Shown: positions 20,077 through 29,444, counted from the stretch's first letter. The stretch is 64,000 nucleotides of DNA from an uncultured Gemmatimonadales bacterium (GCA_963793305.1 CAWBZV010000003.1:832001-896000), one strand, 5' to 3'. Numbers and translations: made by a program. The notes: generated by a model from the letters alone, not told the origin.

Positions 20077-22073
20077 GGGATGATCGGCGGTTTCGGGTCG
20101 ATGCGAACGATCCAGAGGCCGTTGTTGAAGTCATTCACGTACGCCAGGCCGTCCTTTGGATTGACGACGACACCCCAGGCCTGGGCGGCATTCTTTACAA
20201 ACCCGTCCATGTCCGCGGTATTGAGCGACGCGATCTCGCGGCCTTGCGCCCGGAGGTCGCCTTTGAGCTCGCCGGAAATGTCGAACACGTGGAATCCGGC
20301 GTCGTAGGCGCCGAGGTACAACGTATCGGCGACGACCCAGACGTTGTGCACGCCGCCTTGCTCGGGTGTGTACCAGGCGACCGAGCGGGGATGCTCGATG
20401 TCGCTCACGTCGACGACCTGCAGCGTGCCGTACATGCGGTCGGCCGAGGCGTCTTTGGCGCCCTTGATCTCGCCGTTGCGATAGACCTCGTCGGCGATGA
20501 ACACGTACTGGTTGTGGCGCCAGGCGGTGTGCGTGCCGCGCGTGAACCCCGATGCCGATGCCGCCTCGACATCCCGGTACAGCGAATCCAGGTCGTACTT
20601 GAACTGGGAGACCATCACCGGGTGCGACGGACTGCCTCCCTTGATCCCGTTGCCGATGTCGAGAATCACCAGGCCATCGTTCCAGTAGCTGGCGTACAAA
20701 AGGCCGTCGCGCACGTCGATATCGTGCACGTAGCGGGCGGCATCGGGTCTGTTCGTACGAAACTCGCCGACTTTCTTGGGATGATACGGGTCATTGAGAT
20801 CGATAATGTCGATCGCGCCCGTGCCGTCGTTCGTGATGTAGTCGTGCGTTCCGTACTTGTCCTGCTTGTAGATGTAATTCGAGTGCACGCCCGCGGTCAC
20901 GCCGTCGGTGAACTCGGCGATCTTCTTTGGGTGCAGGGGGTCTTCGACCGACGCGATGACGATCCCGTTCTTGCGATCGGACGCGCTCTCGCGCGTGAAC
21001 GACATGTACTTGCCGTCCGGCGTCGTCATGATATCGTTGACCAGGCGCGTGTTGGCCTGGATCGAGTCGACGATCGTGGGATTGGCCGGGTTGCTGATGT
21101 CGATCGCGTACAGCCTATCGCCGCCGCCGTGCGTGCCCAGATACGCTACTGTGCCGTTCGGGTGAATCCATATTTCCGATGTGGGGAAGGCTGTCCGTCC
21201 GAGTCGTCCCACGACGGTGACCCCGCGCCGCACATCCCGCGCTTGGGCATGTATGACGGTACTCGCCGTGATCGTCCCCAGTGACGCGGTGACCAGATAG
21301 TCGCCGGGGTTGTAGGCGACGAAGCTCCCGTCTTGGTCGAGCTGCCCATTTCCCGGTGCAAAGACCCAGGTTGGCGTCAGTCCGTCGATAGTGCCGCCAG
21401 CCGCATTCTTGGCGGTCACGGCGAACTTGACGACATCGCCTTGGCGGACCGTCGTGTTCGTGGGTGTCAGCGTGAGCGAAGCGATCTTCGTTCCGAGAAC
21501 GTTGACGGAGGCTTTGGCGGTCGCCGAGCCGGTGGTCAGCGTGATGTCGGCCTTGCCGGGCGCGACGGCCGTAACAAATCCCGCTCCATCGACCGTGACG
21601 ACGCTGGGTGCGCTCGACGACCAACTCATGGGGTCCCGCGAGCGATCGTTCGCGGCGGAGAAGGCGATCGCGTCGAGTTGCAGTTGCTGTCCCGGCACGA
21701 GCGTGCCGAGGTGCGTTCTGATTTCGGCCCGCACGGCTTTGCCGGGCACGACATGAAATTCGATCGGCTGAATGACGGGCTTCGTGCCGGGCACCAGCGC
21801 CACCACATTCAGCGGGATCTTGCCCACCGAGCTCGCGACGATCATTCCGGCCGAATCAATGCGACCTTCGTTCGTTCCACCGCGCATCGTGTAACGAACG
21901 ATCGCGTTCGTGACGGGCTTGCCACTCGCATCAAGCGCCCTCACGCTGATGCGAACCGAGTCACCAGCCGTGATCTCCCTGGTCGGCGGCGTAACGATCA
22001 CGCGAGCGATGGGAGACGCCGGAAGGCCCGGCGTCTGCTGCAGAACGAGCGACACTAAGAGCGCGACGTGCAC
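20073..22073 (-). CDS. Secreted protein with three Ig-like (Big_2-type) domains and an LVIVD-repeat propeller
   Basis: WSSSAPSVVTVDGAGFVTAVAPG (Big_2); LYAIDISNPANP, GLVILDI, LQVVDVSDIEHP (LVIVD); 4-nt overlap with the YncE gene. Confidence 0.85.
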   Translation of the reverse strand: MHVALLVSLVLQQTPGLPASPIARVIVTPPTREITAGDSVRISVRALDASGKPVTNAIVRYTMRGGTNEGRIDSAGMIVASSVGKIPLNVVALVPGTKPVIQPIEFHVVPGKAVRAEIRTHLGTLVPGQQLQLDAIAFSAANDRSRDPMSWSSSAPSVVTVDGAGFVTAVAPGKADITLTTGSATAKASVNVLGTKIASLTLTPTNTTVRQGDVVKFAVTAKNAAGGTIDGLTPTWVFAPGNGQLDQDGSFVAYNPGDYLVTASLGTITASTVIHAQARDVRRGVTVVGRLGRTAFPTSEIWIHPNGTVAYLGTHGGGDRLYAIDISNPANPTIVDSIQANTRLVNDIMTTPDGKYMSFTRESASDRKNGIVIASVEDPLHPKKIAEFTDGVTAGVHSNYIYKQDKYGTHDYITNDGTGAIDIIDLNDPYHPKKVGEFRTNRPDAARYVHDIDVRDGLLYASYWNDGLVILDIGNGIKGGSPSHPVMVSQFKYDLDSLYRDVEAASASGFTRGTHTAWRHNQYVFIADEVYRNGEIKGAKDASADRMYGTLQVVDVSDIEHPRSVAWYTPEQGGVHNVWVVADTLYLGAYDAGFHVFDISGELKGDLRAQGREIASLNTADMDGFVKNAAQAWGVVVNPKDGLAYVNDFNNGLWIVRIDPKPPIIP

Positions 22074-22239
22074 GAGGAGTTTCGCCCCGGAAAAAGTCGC
22101 TACTGACTACCACCGTGTCAGGCCGAGCGCAACTGTTTTGGGATGAGTGCCCGATCGCCCACGCCGCCCGATCGTCCACGCGCCCGAATTATCAACTAGT
22201 CGACTAGTAGCGTCGGCGACGAGCGCGAAGCGCGAGGAG

Positions 22240-23004
22240 TTAGTACCCGGGCCGCACGAGGATCGAATCGCCGACGCGGATCCGGTTGGACGCCAGGTGA
22301 TTCCACCGCTTCAACGAGTCGACGGGAACGTGATACTCCGTCGCAAGCGTGGCGAGCGCGTCGCCGCGCTTGACGCGATGGTACTGCGGCGCCCGCGCCA
22401 GCTGCGCCGCCTCCTCCTGCTGCTCGATGACCTTCGCGGCAGCAGCCCGCGCTGCGCTCTGCCACCGTGCCACCCCAGTCATGAGCAGCTCCGCCGCCTC
22501 CCGATCGCGCGGCAAGATGGCAAACCGCTCCCGCGTCCCCGGCGCCCGCAGCGCGATGCTGTGTATCCCGCTCACGGGCGACCGACTATCCCTCAACACG
22601 ATGGAGTCGAGCCAAAACCCGTACAGCTCGGTCGCCGGCGTCTCCCCGTCCGCCGCCGGCGGCGGTAGCAACGATGGCACGAGCCCGACGAAGATGAGCC
22701 GTCGATCGGTGACGGCGAGCATGCCCGGTGTAGCCTTCGGCGACCACCAGACGTGCCGAGACACCGGCACGGTGTACAGCGCCCTTTCCCCAGAGCGCCG
22801 TAGCTCGTCTCTCAAATGCTGGGCGACCGCGGGTGGGGGCGCATCGGGCGGCCGCTCGAGCACATAGAGCGCGTACCCAATCACTTCTCTCGCCCCGACA
22901 ATGGCGAGAATGACGAACGCCACCTTCGCCAACCGGCGCGCCGTCAGTCGCTGAATAATGTGCCCGGATTCAACCAGGGCATGACGAACACTGAGTTGCA
23001 CCAT
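22240..23004 (-). CDS. Membrane-anchored LysM-domain protein
   Basis: C-terminal YHRVKRGDALATLATEYHVPVDSLKRWNHLASNRIRVGDSILV; one N-terminal TM; start uncertain. Confidence 0.85.
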   Translation of the reverse strand: MVQLSVRHALVESGHIIQRLTARRLAKVAFVILAIVGAREVIGYALYVLERPPDAPPPAVAQHLRDELRRSGERALYTVPVSRHVWWSPKATPGMLAVTDRRLIFVGLVPSLLPPPAADGETPATELYGFWLDSIVLRDSRSPVSGIHSIALRAPGTRERFAILPRDREAAELLMTGVARWQSAARAAAAKVIEQQEEAAQLARAPQYHRVKRGDALATLATEYHVPVDSLKRWNHLASNRIRVGDSILVRPGY

Positions 23005-23017
23005 GAAATTTACCCCA

Positions 23018-24542
23018 ATGACCGCGGAACGCGCCGCCATGCGCGTGGTGCAGGCCGGCGCGATCGCCGTCGTCCTCGCCGCGCTGCCGTACAAGACATT
23101 TGACCTCGATCGCTACTTCGTGCCGAAGGAGCTCGTCCTCGGCCTGACCGCGACCGCCGCCGCGCTTCTCTTGCTCGCGCACCGGGACGCGCACAAACCG
23201 GCAGTCAGTCGCGTCGATGTCCTGCTGTTCGTCTTCCTAGGTCTAAGCGCCGTATCGTCTTGGTTCGCGCAGAACGGCTGGCTCGCCTGGCGCGCCCTGG
23301 CCTTAAGCCTGGCCGGAATCCTGATTTTCTGGACCACCCGCGGCCTCTCCCGCGCTGGCCTGGGCCACCAGGTCCTCGGCGCAATAGCCCTCGCCGTCGT
23401 GGTCGCCGCCGGCACGTCCCTGTTTCAGGCCTATGGCGGCCACGGCGACCTCCTGAGCTTGAACCGCGCTCCCGGCGGCACGCTCGGCAACCGGAACTTC
23501 GTAGCCCACCTGGCCGCGATCGGCCTCCCGGTGCTCGTGCTGATCATCCTCGACACCCGCCGGTTCGTCGCATTTCTCGCCGGCACCGTCGGCTTAGGTC
23601 TAGTCGTCTGGGCCCTGATCCTCTCGCGCTCCCGAGCGGCCTGGCTCGCCGCCGGCCTGTGTGCGCTTCTGGCGCTGATCGCGGCCTGGCGTTCCGGCTA
23701 CCGTCCACCGATCGGCCGAGCGGTGATCCTCGTCGGCGCCGCCGCAGCCGGCATACTCGCGGCGTTAGTGCTGCCGAACACGCTCCACTGGAAGAGCCGC
23801 AACCCGTACCTGGAATCGGCCGTCGGCGTCGCCGACTACCGCGACGGCAGCGGCCATGGTCGCATCGTGCAGTACTCGACGACCACCAAGATCGCCCTCG
23901 CCCACCCGATCCTGGGCGTCGGCCCGGGCAACTGGCCCGTCGTCTACCCAAAGTACGCCGCGCCAAACGATCCATCGCTCGACAGCGACGACGGCATGAC
24001 CGCGAACCCGTGGCCCTCCAGCGACTGGGCCGCGTACTTGTCCGAGCGCGGGTTAGTGGCCACGCTCTTCCTGGCCTTAGGGCTCATCACGCTCGCCGCC
24101 ACCGGCGCGCCGTTGACACTCATCGCGACGGTCCTCGCGGTGTTCACCGTCGGCGCCTTCGACGCGGTATTGTTGTTACCCGCGCCCACTCTGTTGGTCT
24201 GGGCCACCCTCGGCGCCCTCACGCCTCAAGCCAAGCCCAGGCCTCCGCATTCCAATCCCCCGAATCCTGGCCGCCGTCGTGATCTTCGTCCTCGGTGCCG
24301 CCTCAATCCTGCGCAGCACCCAGGAGGCCGTCGCCATGGCGATCGCCAACGACGAGACCTCGGCCGGCCCCCTCGAAATCGCCGCCCGCGTCGACCCAGG
24401 CTCCTATCGCATCCAAGTCCGCGTCGCCGAGGCCGAGGAGCGCCGCGGCCACTGCGGCGCGGTGATCACGCACGCCACCGCGGCGCGGAAGCTCTTCCCC
24501 TCGGCTCCAGCGCCCCGGCACTTACTCTCGCGTTGTCGCTGA
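23018..24542 (+). CDS. O-antigen ligase (Wzy_C)-like membrane protein; +1 frameshift near 24242
   Basis: Multi-TM; GTLGNRN, LSRSRAAWLA, HPILGVGPGNW; C-terminal TPR-like segment in the adjacent frame. Confidence 0.8.
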
Positions 24543-24548
24543 TCGGCA

Positions 24549-24631
24549 ATTTACAAGAGCACCGTTAGTTTTACGTCATGTAAAACTTTAGATATTTTGC
24601 AGATCGTTAAAACAACGATTACTTTGTAAAT
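24549..24631 (+). promoter_or_regulatory. AT-rich promoter with inverted-repeat operators upstream of the AbiEi-like gene
   Basis: AGTTTTAC-N5-GTAAAACT (24567-24587), ATCGTT-N5-AACGAT (24603-24619), and outer ATTTACAA..TTGTAAAT. Confidence 0.7.
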
Positions 24632-25693
24632 ATGCCCGACACCCGGTCGTCTCAGCTGGAGCGGCGTGCGCTCGCGCTCGTGCGCGACGCCGTGCCCACA
24701 TCCGTCGAGGTGATCGGCACTCCGACCGAGACCGACACCGGTGCCGATGCCCGCGTGACGCTACCAGATGGCGGGACCGCATTGTTGGAGTTCAAGCGAT
24801 GGCCTGGTCCGGACGCGCACAAGCGGCGATCCCGCGAAGACGAGCGCTCGCCTACACTCGTATGGGTCACGCCGCGAGCGTCCGCCGACCAACGGCGGCA
24901 ATGGCGCGATCGCGACGAGAGCTTCGTGGATCTGAGCGGCGCGGTCCGCCTCGCGCTCCCCGGTCTGATCATCGACCGGACAGATCTCACGGGCAAGCAG
25001 TCCGCGTCGGATCGCATCACGTTCAGCCGAAACCCGTTCTCGGACCGCGCCTCACTGGTCGTCCGCGCGATGCTCGAAGCACCGCGTAAGCCTTGGAGTA
25101 CGACCGCGCTCGCCACAGCAGCCGGTGTGTCTGTCCCTACCGTTTCACTCGTGACGGAAGGGCTGCGGCGATTAGAGCTCCTGTCATCGCCGCCCGGGCA
25201 ACGCGGCGCGATGACGCTCGACGACCCGGCGGCCGTCATCGCGCAGTGGTCTCGGCGCTATGACTGGCGACGGAATGCAAGCGTTGCGCTCGCTGCACCC
25301 ATCGGGAGTGCGGAGGGTTTCTTTGGACAACTTGCGACGACGTTGGGGCCAGCGAAGCGTAGGCGGTGGGCTCTGACGCTTCAGGCGGGAGCATCGTTCG
25401 TCGCTCGGCACGCGGATTGGGACATCATTCACGCGTACGTGGATGTGGAGTCGGTCGACCAGCTGATCGAAATCGGGTTGAAGGCGGGATGGCCGCCCTC
25501 GCCGACCGGCAGACTCGTGCTGATGCAGCCGTGGTATCACGCGTCTGTCTGGTATCATGCCCAAGCGTACATCAAAGCGCTACGCGAATTTCCCGTAGTG
25601 AGTCCCGCGCAGCTCGTGCTCGATCTGTGGCATTATCCCGTACGTGGCTTGGAGCAAGCGGAACTCATCATGAAGCGCGCAGGATGGATATGA
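24632..25693 (+). CDS. AbiEi-like antitoxin / transcription regulator (type IV TA)
   Basis: N-terminal restriction-endonuclease-like D..EFK, SFVDLSG motif, central HTH (LATAAGVSVPTVS), C-terminal VSPAQLVLDLWHYPVRGLEQAE typical of AbiEi_2-like proteins. Confidence 0.75.
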   Translation: MPDTRSSQLERRALALVRDAVPTSVEVIGTPTETDTGADARVTLPDGGTALLEFKRWPGPDAHKRRSREDERSPTLVWVTPRASADQRRQWRDRDESFVDLSGAVRLALPGLIIDRTDLTGKQSASDRITFSRNPFSDRASLVVRAMLEAPRKPWSTTALATAAGVSVPTVSLVTEGLRRLELLSSPPGQRGAMTLDDPAAVIAQWSRRYDWRRNASVALAAPIGSAEGFFGQLATTLGPAKRRRWALTLQAGASFVARHADWDIIHAYVDVESVDQLIEIGLKAGWPPSPTGRLVLMQPWYHASVWYHAQAYIKALREFPVVSPAQLVLDLWHYPVRGLEQAELIMKRAGWI

Positions 25694-26574
25694 CTCCGCG
25701 CAACGAGACGGATCAGGAGCGGGCTTTCACTCGTGTCCTGTGGTTCCTCCGCGAGTACTTGCCGGACCTCGTGATCATCGGCGGATGGGTGCCCTATATC
25801 TACAAGAATTACAGTGGAGATCCTTGGATTGGGCGTCAGTCGCGCACGAACGAAGTCGACGTCCTAGCGATGCCCCCGCTTCCAGTGCGACAGGGTGTAC
25901 CACTCGATGAGATCCTACGCGAAGCGGGGCTCGCCCCGCAACGAGACACAGGACCTTCCGCCGTCTGGTCAGCGATCGGCGACACTGGCGAGGAAATCGA
26001 GTTTCTGACGCCACTTGCCGGCACGGCCACCGAGTTCGGTTCCACCGTGAGCTTGCTTGGACATGGCCGAATCGGGGCGATCCGATTGACAGGTCTCGAG
26101 CTCCTCGGTCGCCACACGAACACGATGCGCGTGCCGCTCGGAGACATCGGCGGGCGAATGCAAGAGGTCACCGTACGGGTGCCTCTCCTGGGCGCTTATC
26201 TGGTGAACAAGGGCGCGACGTTCCTTGCCCGGCGGCCGCACTCCAGTGGACCCAATCCGAAGCAGGCGAAAGATCTCGTCTACGTGCACAACGTCATGGC
26301 CGCGAGCGACGTCGTCAGAAAGCGCGTCGAGACTGATATCCAGCGCTTGTGGCAGCAGAGCAAGAAGGCGAGCATCGAGCGCCAGGCGATTCGCACGGCG
26401 AGCAACAACCTGTCATTGGCACTCGGCGGAACCCTGGGGGTCGTCACCTCGGCGGCCGAGGAGCTCGGAACGCGCGACGGCTTGACGCGGGTTGACGCAT
26501 CGGCGCGCATTCGCGGACAACTGGGCGACTTCATGGCCCTGCTAAAACAGACCCAGACCAGCACTCCACGTTAG
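25690..26574 (+). CDS. Nucleotidyltransferase-fold protein (AbiEii/GSU2403-like putative toxin)
   Basis: ATGA overlap with the upstream gene; VIIGGW, RTNEVDV, IEFLTP, YLVNKG, KQAKDLVY. Confidence 0.75.
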   Translation: MTPRNETDQERAFTRVLWFLREYLPDLVIIGGWVPYIYKNYSGDPWIGRQSRTNEVDVLAMPPLPVRQGVPLDEILREAGLAPQRDTGPSAVWSAIGDTGEEIEFLTPLAGTATEFGSTVSLLGHGRIGAIRLTGLELLGRHTNTMRVPLGDIGGRMQEVTVRVPLLGAYLVNKGATFLARRPHSSGPNPKQAKDLVYVHNVMAASDVVRKRVETDIQRLWQQSKKASIERQAIRTASNNLSLALGGTLGVVTSAAEELGTRDGLTRVDASARIRGQLGDFMALLKQTQTSTPR

Positions 26575-26587
26575 AGCGGCGGGTTCC

Positions 26588-26637
26588 ACCGCGACGCCAC
26601 TGTTCCACTTGGATGGAACAGTAGGCGTGGCTGCGGT
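26588..26637. terminator. Long imperfect hairpin between convergent genes
   Basis: ACCGC.ACGCC-ACTGTTCCA-CTTGGA-TGGAACAGT-A-GGCGT..GCGGT. Confidence 0.5.
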
Positions 26638-26649
26638 TTGTCCAAGCTG

Positions 26650-28572
26650 CTATTGCACCGTCCCAAGTAGATACTGCTGTACGAACGCCACCATCGCGTA
26701 CTGCTGGTAATCCTGGTTCTTCTTCTTCGCGAACCCGTGCCCTTCGTCGAGGCCGACGAGATACCAGACCGGCGTGCCGTGCTGGCGAACCGCGCTGACG
26801 ATCTGGTCGGCCTCGGACTTGGGCACGCGCGGGTCGTTGGCGCCGGAGACGACGAAGAGGGGCTTCGTGATCTTGTCGGCGTGGTTGAGTGGCGCCATCG
26901 ACTCCATGAAGGCGCGGACCGTCGAGTCGCGCTCGTCGCCGTACTCGACGCGGCGCAGATCGCGACGGTAGCTCTCGGTGTGCTCGAGGAACGTCGCGAG
27001 GTTGGACATGCCGACAACGTCGAGGGCGCAGGTGATCTTGTCGGCGTACAATGTCGCCGTCACGAGGGTCATGTGCCCGCCGTAGCTGCCGCCGGTGACC
27101 ATGACGCGATTCGCGTCGAGATCGGGCTGCGTGGCGATCCAGTCGAAGAGCGTGCCGATGTCGTGGTAGGCGTCGACGCGTTTGACGCCGTTGTCGGCCG
27201 CGACGAAGGTCTTGCCGTACCCGGTCGAGCCCCGGACGTTCGGGAAGATGATCGCCACGCCCTGCTGGTCAATGAAATAATTCAACCGGCCCAGGAATCC
27301 TGGCCGTGACTGTCCCTCGGGGCCGCCGTGGATGTCGATGATGACCGGACGCTTGCCCGTGAACTTGGCGGCGGGTTGATATAAGAATCCGGAGAGCGTG
27401 AGTCCGTCCGTGCCTTTCCAGTGGACCAGCTTCGGCTCGACGAACGTCTTGGGATCGATCCCGCCGGTCTCGCTCTCGGTCCAGCGGTCGACGTTCCCGG
27501 TCTCGACGTTGAGCGAGTAGACGTCCTGCGGCGATCGCGCCGAGCTGACCACGAAGCCCAGGTCGCGGTTGTTGCGGTGCCAACGCAGTCCGCCGATGAC
27601 GCCGACGGGCAAGTTGGCCGAGTGGCGGATGGCGCCGGTTTTCGGATCCATCAAGTGCACGACGCTGATGCCATCCTCGTTCGTCACGTAGGCCAGCGTC
27701 TTCCCATCCCAGGAGAGCGCGAAATCCTCGACATCCCACTTGGGCTCACGGCTCACGACGTGCGCGACCCCGGTCGCGACGTCGATCGCGATCAGGCGGG
27801 CGAACTCGGCGCCCTCGTCGCTCGTCGCGTAGACGAGCTTCCCGTCCGGGCTGAACTGCCCGCCGCCGTAGGCGACCACGCCCGGCGGCGTTAGCCGGCG
27901 CTTCGAGCCCGTGGCAACGTCGACGAGCCAGAGTGCGCTCTCGTTCACCGAGTGGTAGTCGGAGACGAGGAGCGATTTGTTGTCGGGCGACCAGTCGAGC
28001 GGCGCCCATCCGCCGCCCTGCACCTCGAGCACCTTGCGATCACTCGACGGGTTGGCCGGATCCATGGTGTAGATGTCGGTGTCGGTCCCGTTGCGCCGTG
28101 TCGAGCGGTAGGCGATGCGCGTGCCGTCGGTCGACCACGGCCCGACGTCGTTCTTGCTCTTGCCATCGGTGAGCAACGTCGCTTCGCCCGTCACCGGGTC
28201 GAACCGGTACAGCTGATTGAACTCGCTGCCGCCGACGTCGCGCTCGAGGACGAGATACGCGCCGGTGGCCGGCTGATAGCTCGCGGCCAGCACGCGATCG
28301 GGGAAGAACGTGAGCTGCCGGCGATCGCCGCCGGGGAACCGCACCACGTGCATCTGCACGACGTCGGCGAAGCGCGTGCCGATCAGGATCTCGCGGCGCG
28401 TCGGGTGCCAATCCTGGAGCGCCGCGCTCCGGAACTCCGTGTAGCGTCCGACCGTCTCGGCCACGCGCGCCGAGATCGGGGGGATGCCGTCGACGACGAG
28501 GTGCTCGTTCGGCACGACATTCTGTGCGCCGAGGGCCACGGGGAGAGCCAGTACGCACCAGCGAGCAAACAC
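26650..28572 (-). CDS. S9 family serine peptidase (prolyl oligopeptidase / acylaminoacyl peptidase-like), secreted
   Basis: TolB-like propeller repeats; IHGGPE, NVRGSTGYG, GGSYGG, GANDPRVP, EGHGF. Confidence 0.93.
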   Translation of the reverse strand: MFARWCVLALPVALGAQNVVPNEHLVVDGIPPISARVAETVGRYTEFRSAALQDWHPTRREILIGTRFADVVQMHVVRFPGGDRRQLTFFPDRVLAASYQPATGAYLVLERDVGGSEFNQLYRFDPVTGEATLLTDGKSKNDVGPWSTDGTRIAYRSTRRNGTDTDIYTMDPANPSSDRKVLEVQGGGWAPLDWSPDNKSLLVSDYHSVNESALWLVDVATGSKRRLTPPGVVAYGGGQFSPDGKLVYATSDEGAEFARLIAIDVATGVAHVVSREPKWDVEDFALSWDGKTLAYVTNEDGISVVHLMDPKTGAIRHSANLPVGVIGGLRWHRNNRDLGFVVSSARSPQDVYSLNVETGNVDRWTESETGGIDPKTFVEPKLVHWKGTDGLTLSGFLYQPAAKFTGKRPVIIDIHGGPEGQSRPGFLGRLNYFIDQQGVAIIFPNVRGSTGYGKTFVAADNGVKRVDAYHDIGTLFDWIATQPDLDANRVMVTGGSYGGHMTLVTATLYADKITCALDVVGMSNLATFLEHTESYRRDLRRVEYGDERDSTVRAFMESMAPLNHADKITKPLFVVSGANDPRVPKSEADQIVSAVRQHGTPVWYLVGLDEGHGFAKKKNQDYQQYAMVAFVQQYLLGTVQ

Positions 28573-28605
28573 GGGAGAAGCCTCTCGAGGGGAGGCCCGT
28601 AATCT

Positions 28606-28662
28606 AGCAAGACGCTACGCGCTTGCCCGAATACGGAGTCGGTTGGATACGCTCCGCTCCGC
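28606..28662 (-). repeat. Dispersed three-hairpin element, degenerate copy D
   Basis: Minus strand GAGCGTATCCAACCGA matches copy A GAGCGTTTCCAACCGA at 15/16 positions, followed by a GCAAG-CGC-GTA-GCG-TCTTGC hairpin. Confidence 0.55.
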
Positions 28663-28678
28663 TATGCTGGCGAAATTC

Positions 28679-29281
28679 TCAGGTACCCGTGAGGTGAATG
28701 GCGATCTCGCCGACGTACGGCCGGAGCTCACGGGCGAGACGGTTCGACGAGGAGACTTTCTTGTCGCCCATGACCGACCGGTACGGCTTGTTGTCGAACA
28801 GGTGGAGCGCGTCGAGCCGGATCGCGATCGTGCTATCGCGCGCCAAGACGCCACCGTGCCAGTTGATGACCTGCCCGCCGTAGTCTAAGCCGAAGCCATT
28901 GAACTCGAAGGGCTTGGTGTTGAGCCGCTGCAGATCTTCGACCGTGGTGCCGAGCGTCACGCCCGACATGGTGTGCCACACGGACTGCGATCCGCGGAGC
29001 GTGACGCTCTTCGGATAGCGCAGGTTGACGGTGTCGCCAAAGGCGATCTCGATGCGACGCAGGGAGTCATCGGGGAAGATCACGGCCTCGACCACCCCGG
29101 CGTCCCGTTTGAGGCGCACGTTGGTTTCGCCATAGGAGCGGGCGATATCGGCCAATGTGCACTTGGACGTGATCGCACCGACTCGTGAGCCGGGGATGAT
29201 CACCCAATCGGAGTTGTCGGGTGTCGCTGACGCGAGAGCGGCCAGAACAAGGGCCGCGATGTGCGTGTATGCGGCGCTCAT
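28679..29281 (-). CDS. Secreted hypothetical protein
   Basis: Signal peptide; IIPGSRVGAIT, GVTLGTTVEDLQRLNTKPFEFNGFGLDYGG. Confidence 0.75.
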   Translation of the reverse strand: MSAAYTHIAALVLAALASATPDNSDWVIIPGSRVGAITSKCTLADIARSYGETNVRLKRDAGVVEAVIFPDDSLRRIEIAFGDTVNLRYPKSVTLRGSQSVWHTMSGVTLGTTVEDLQRLNTKPFEFNGFGLDYGGQVINWHGGVLARDSTIAIRLDALHLFDNKPYRSVMGDKKVSSSNRLARELRPYVGEIAIHLTGT

Positions 29282-29338
29282 GCTACAGAGACGATCGACT
29301 CGCAAAAGAGTCGCGCGGACTTTCTGTCATCCGCGCGA

Positions 29339-29422
29339 CGCCGCTCCGCGGCGCGTCGATGCAGCGCTTCGCGCTTGCTCGACTGGTCGGTTAGAAGGAG
29401 CTCAGGCTTGCGCCTGAACTCC
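29339..29422 (-). repeat. Dispersed three-hairpin element, copy C (first hairpin may act as a terminator)
   Basis: Minus strand GGAGTTCAGGC-GCAA-GCCTGAGCTCC, TAACCGACCA, GTCGA..GCGC-GAA-GCGC..TCGAC, CGCCGC-GGA-GCGGCG. Confidence 0.75.
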
Positions 29423-29444
29423 ACCTGTCACGCGTCCTTATGCC

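Noticed and set aside
26570..26645. Hairpin after the NTase gene as an attC site of a TA cassette
   Set aside because: Lacks the AAC/GTT core pairing; better explained as a terminator-like hairpin between convergent genes.
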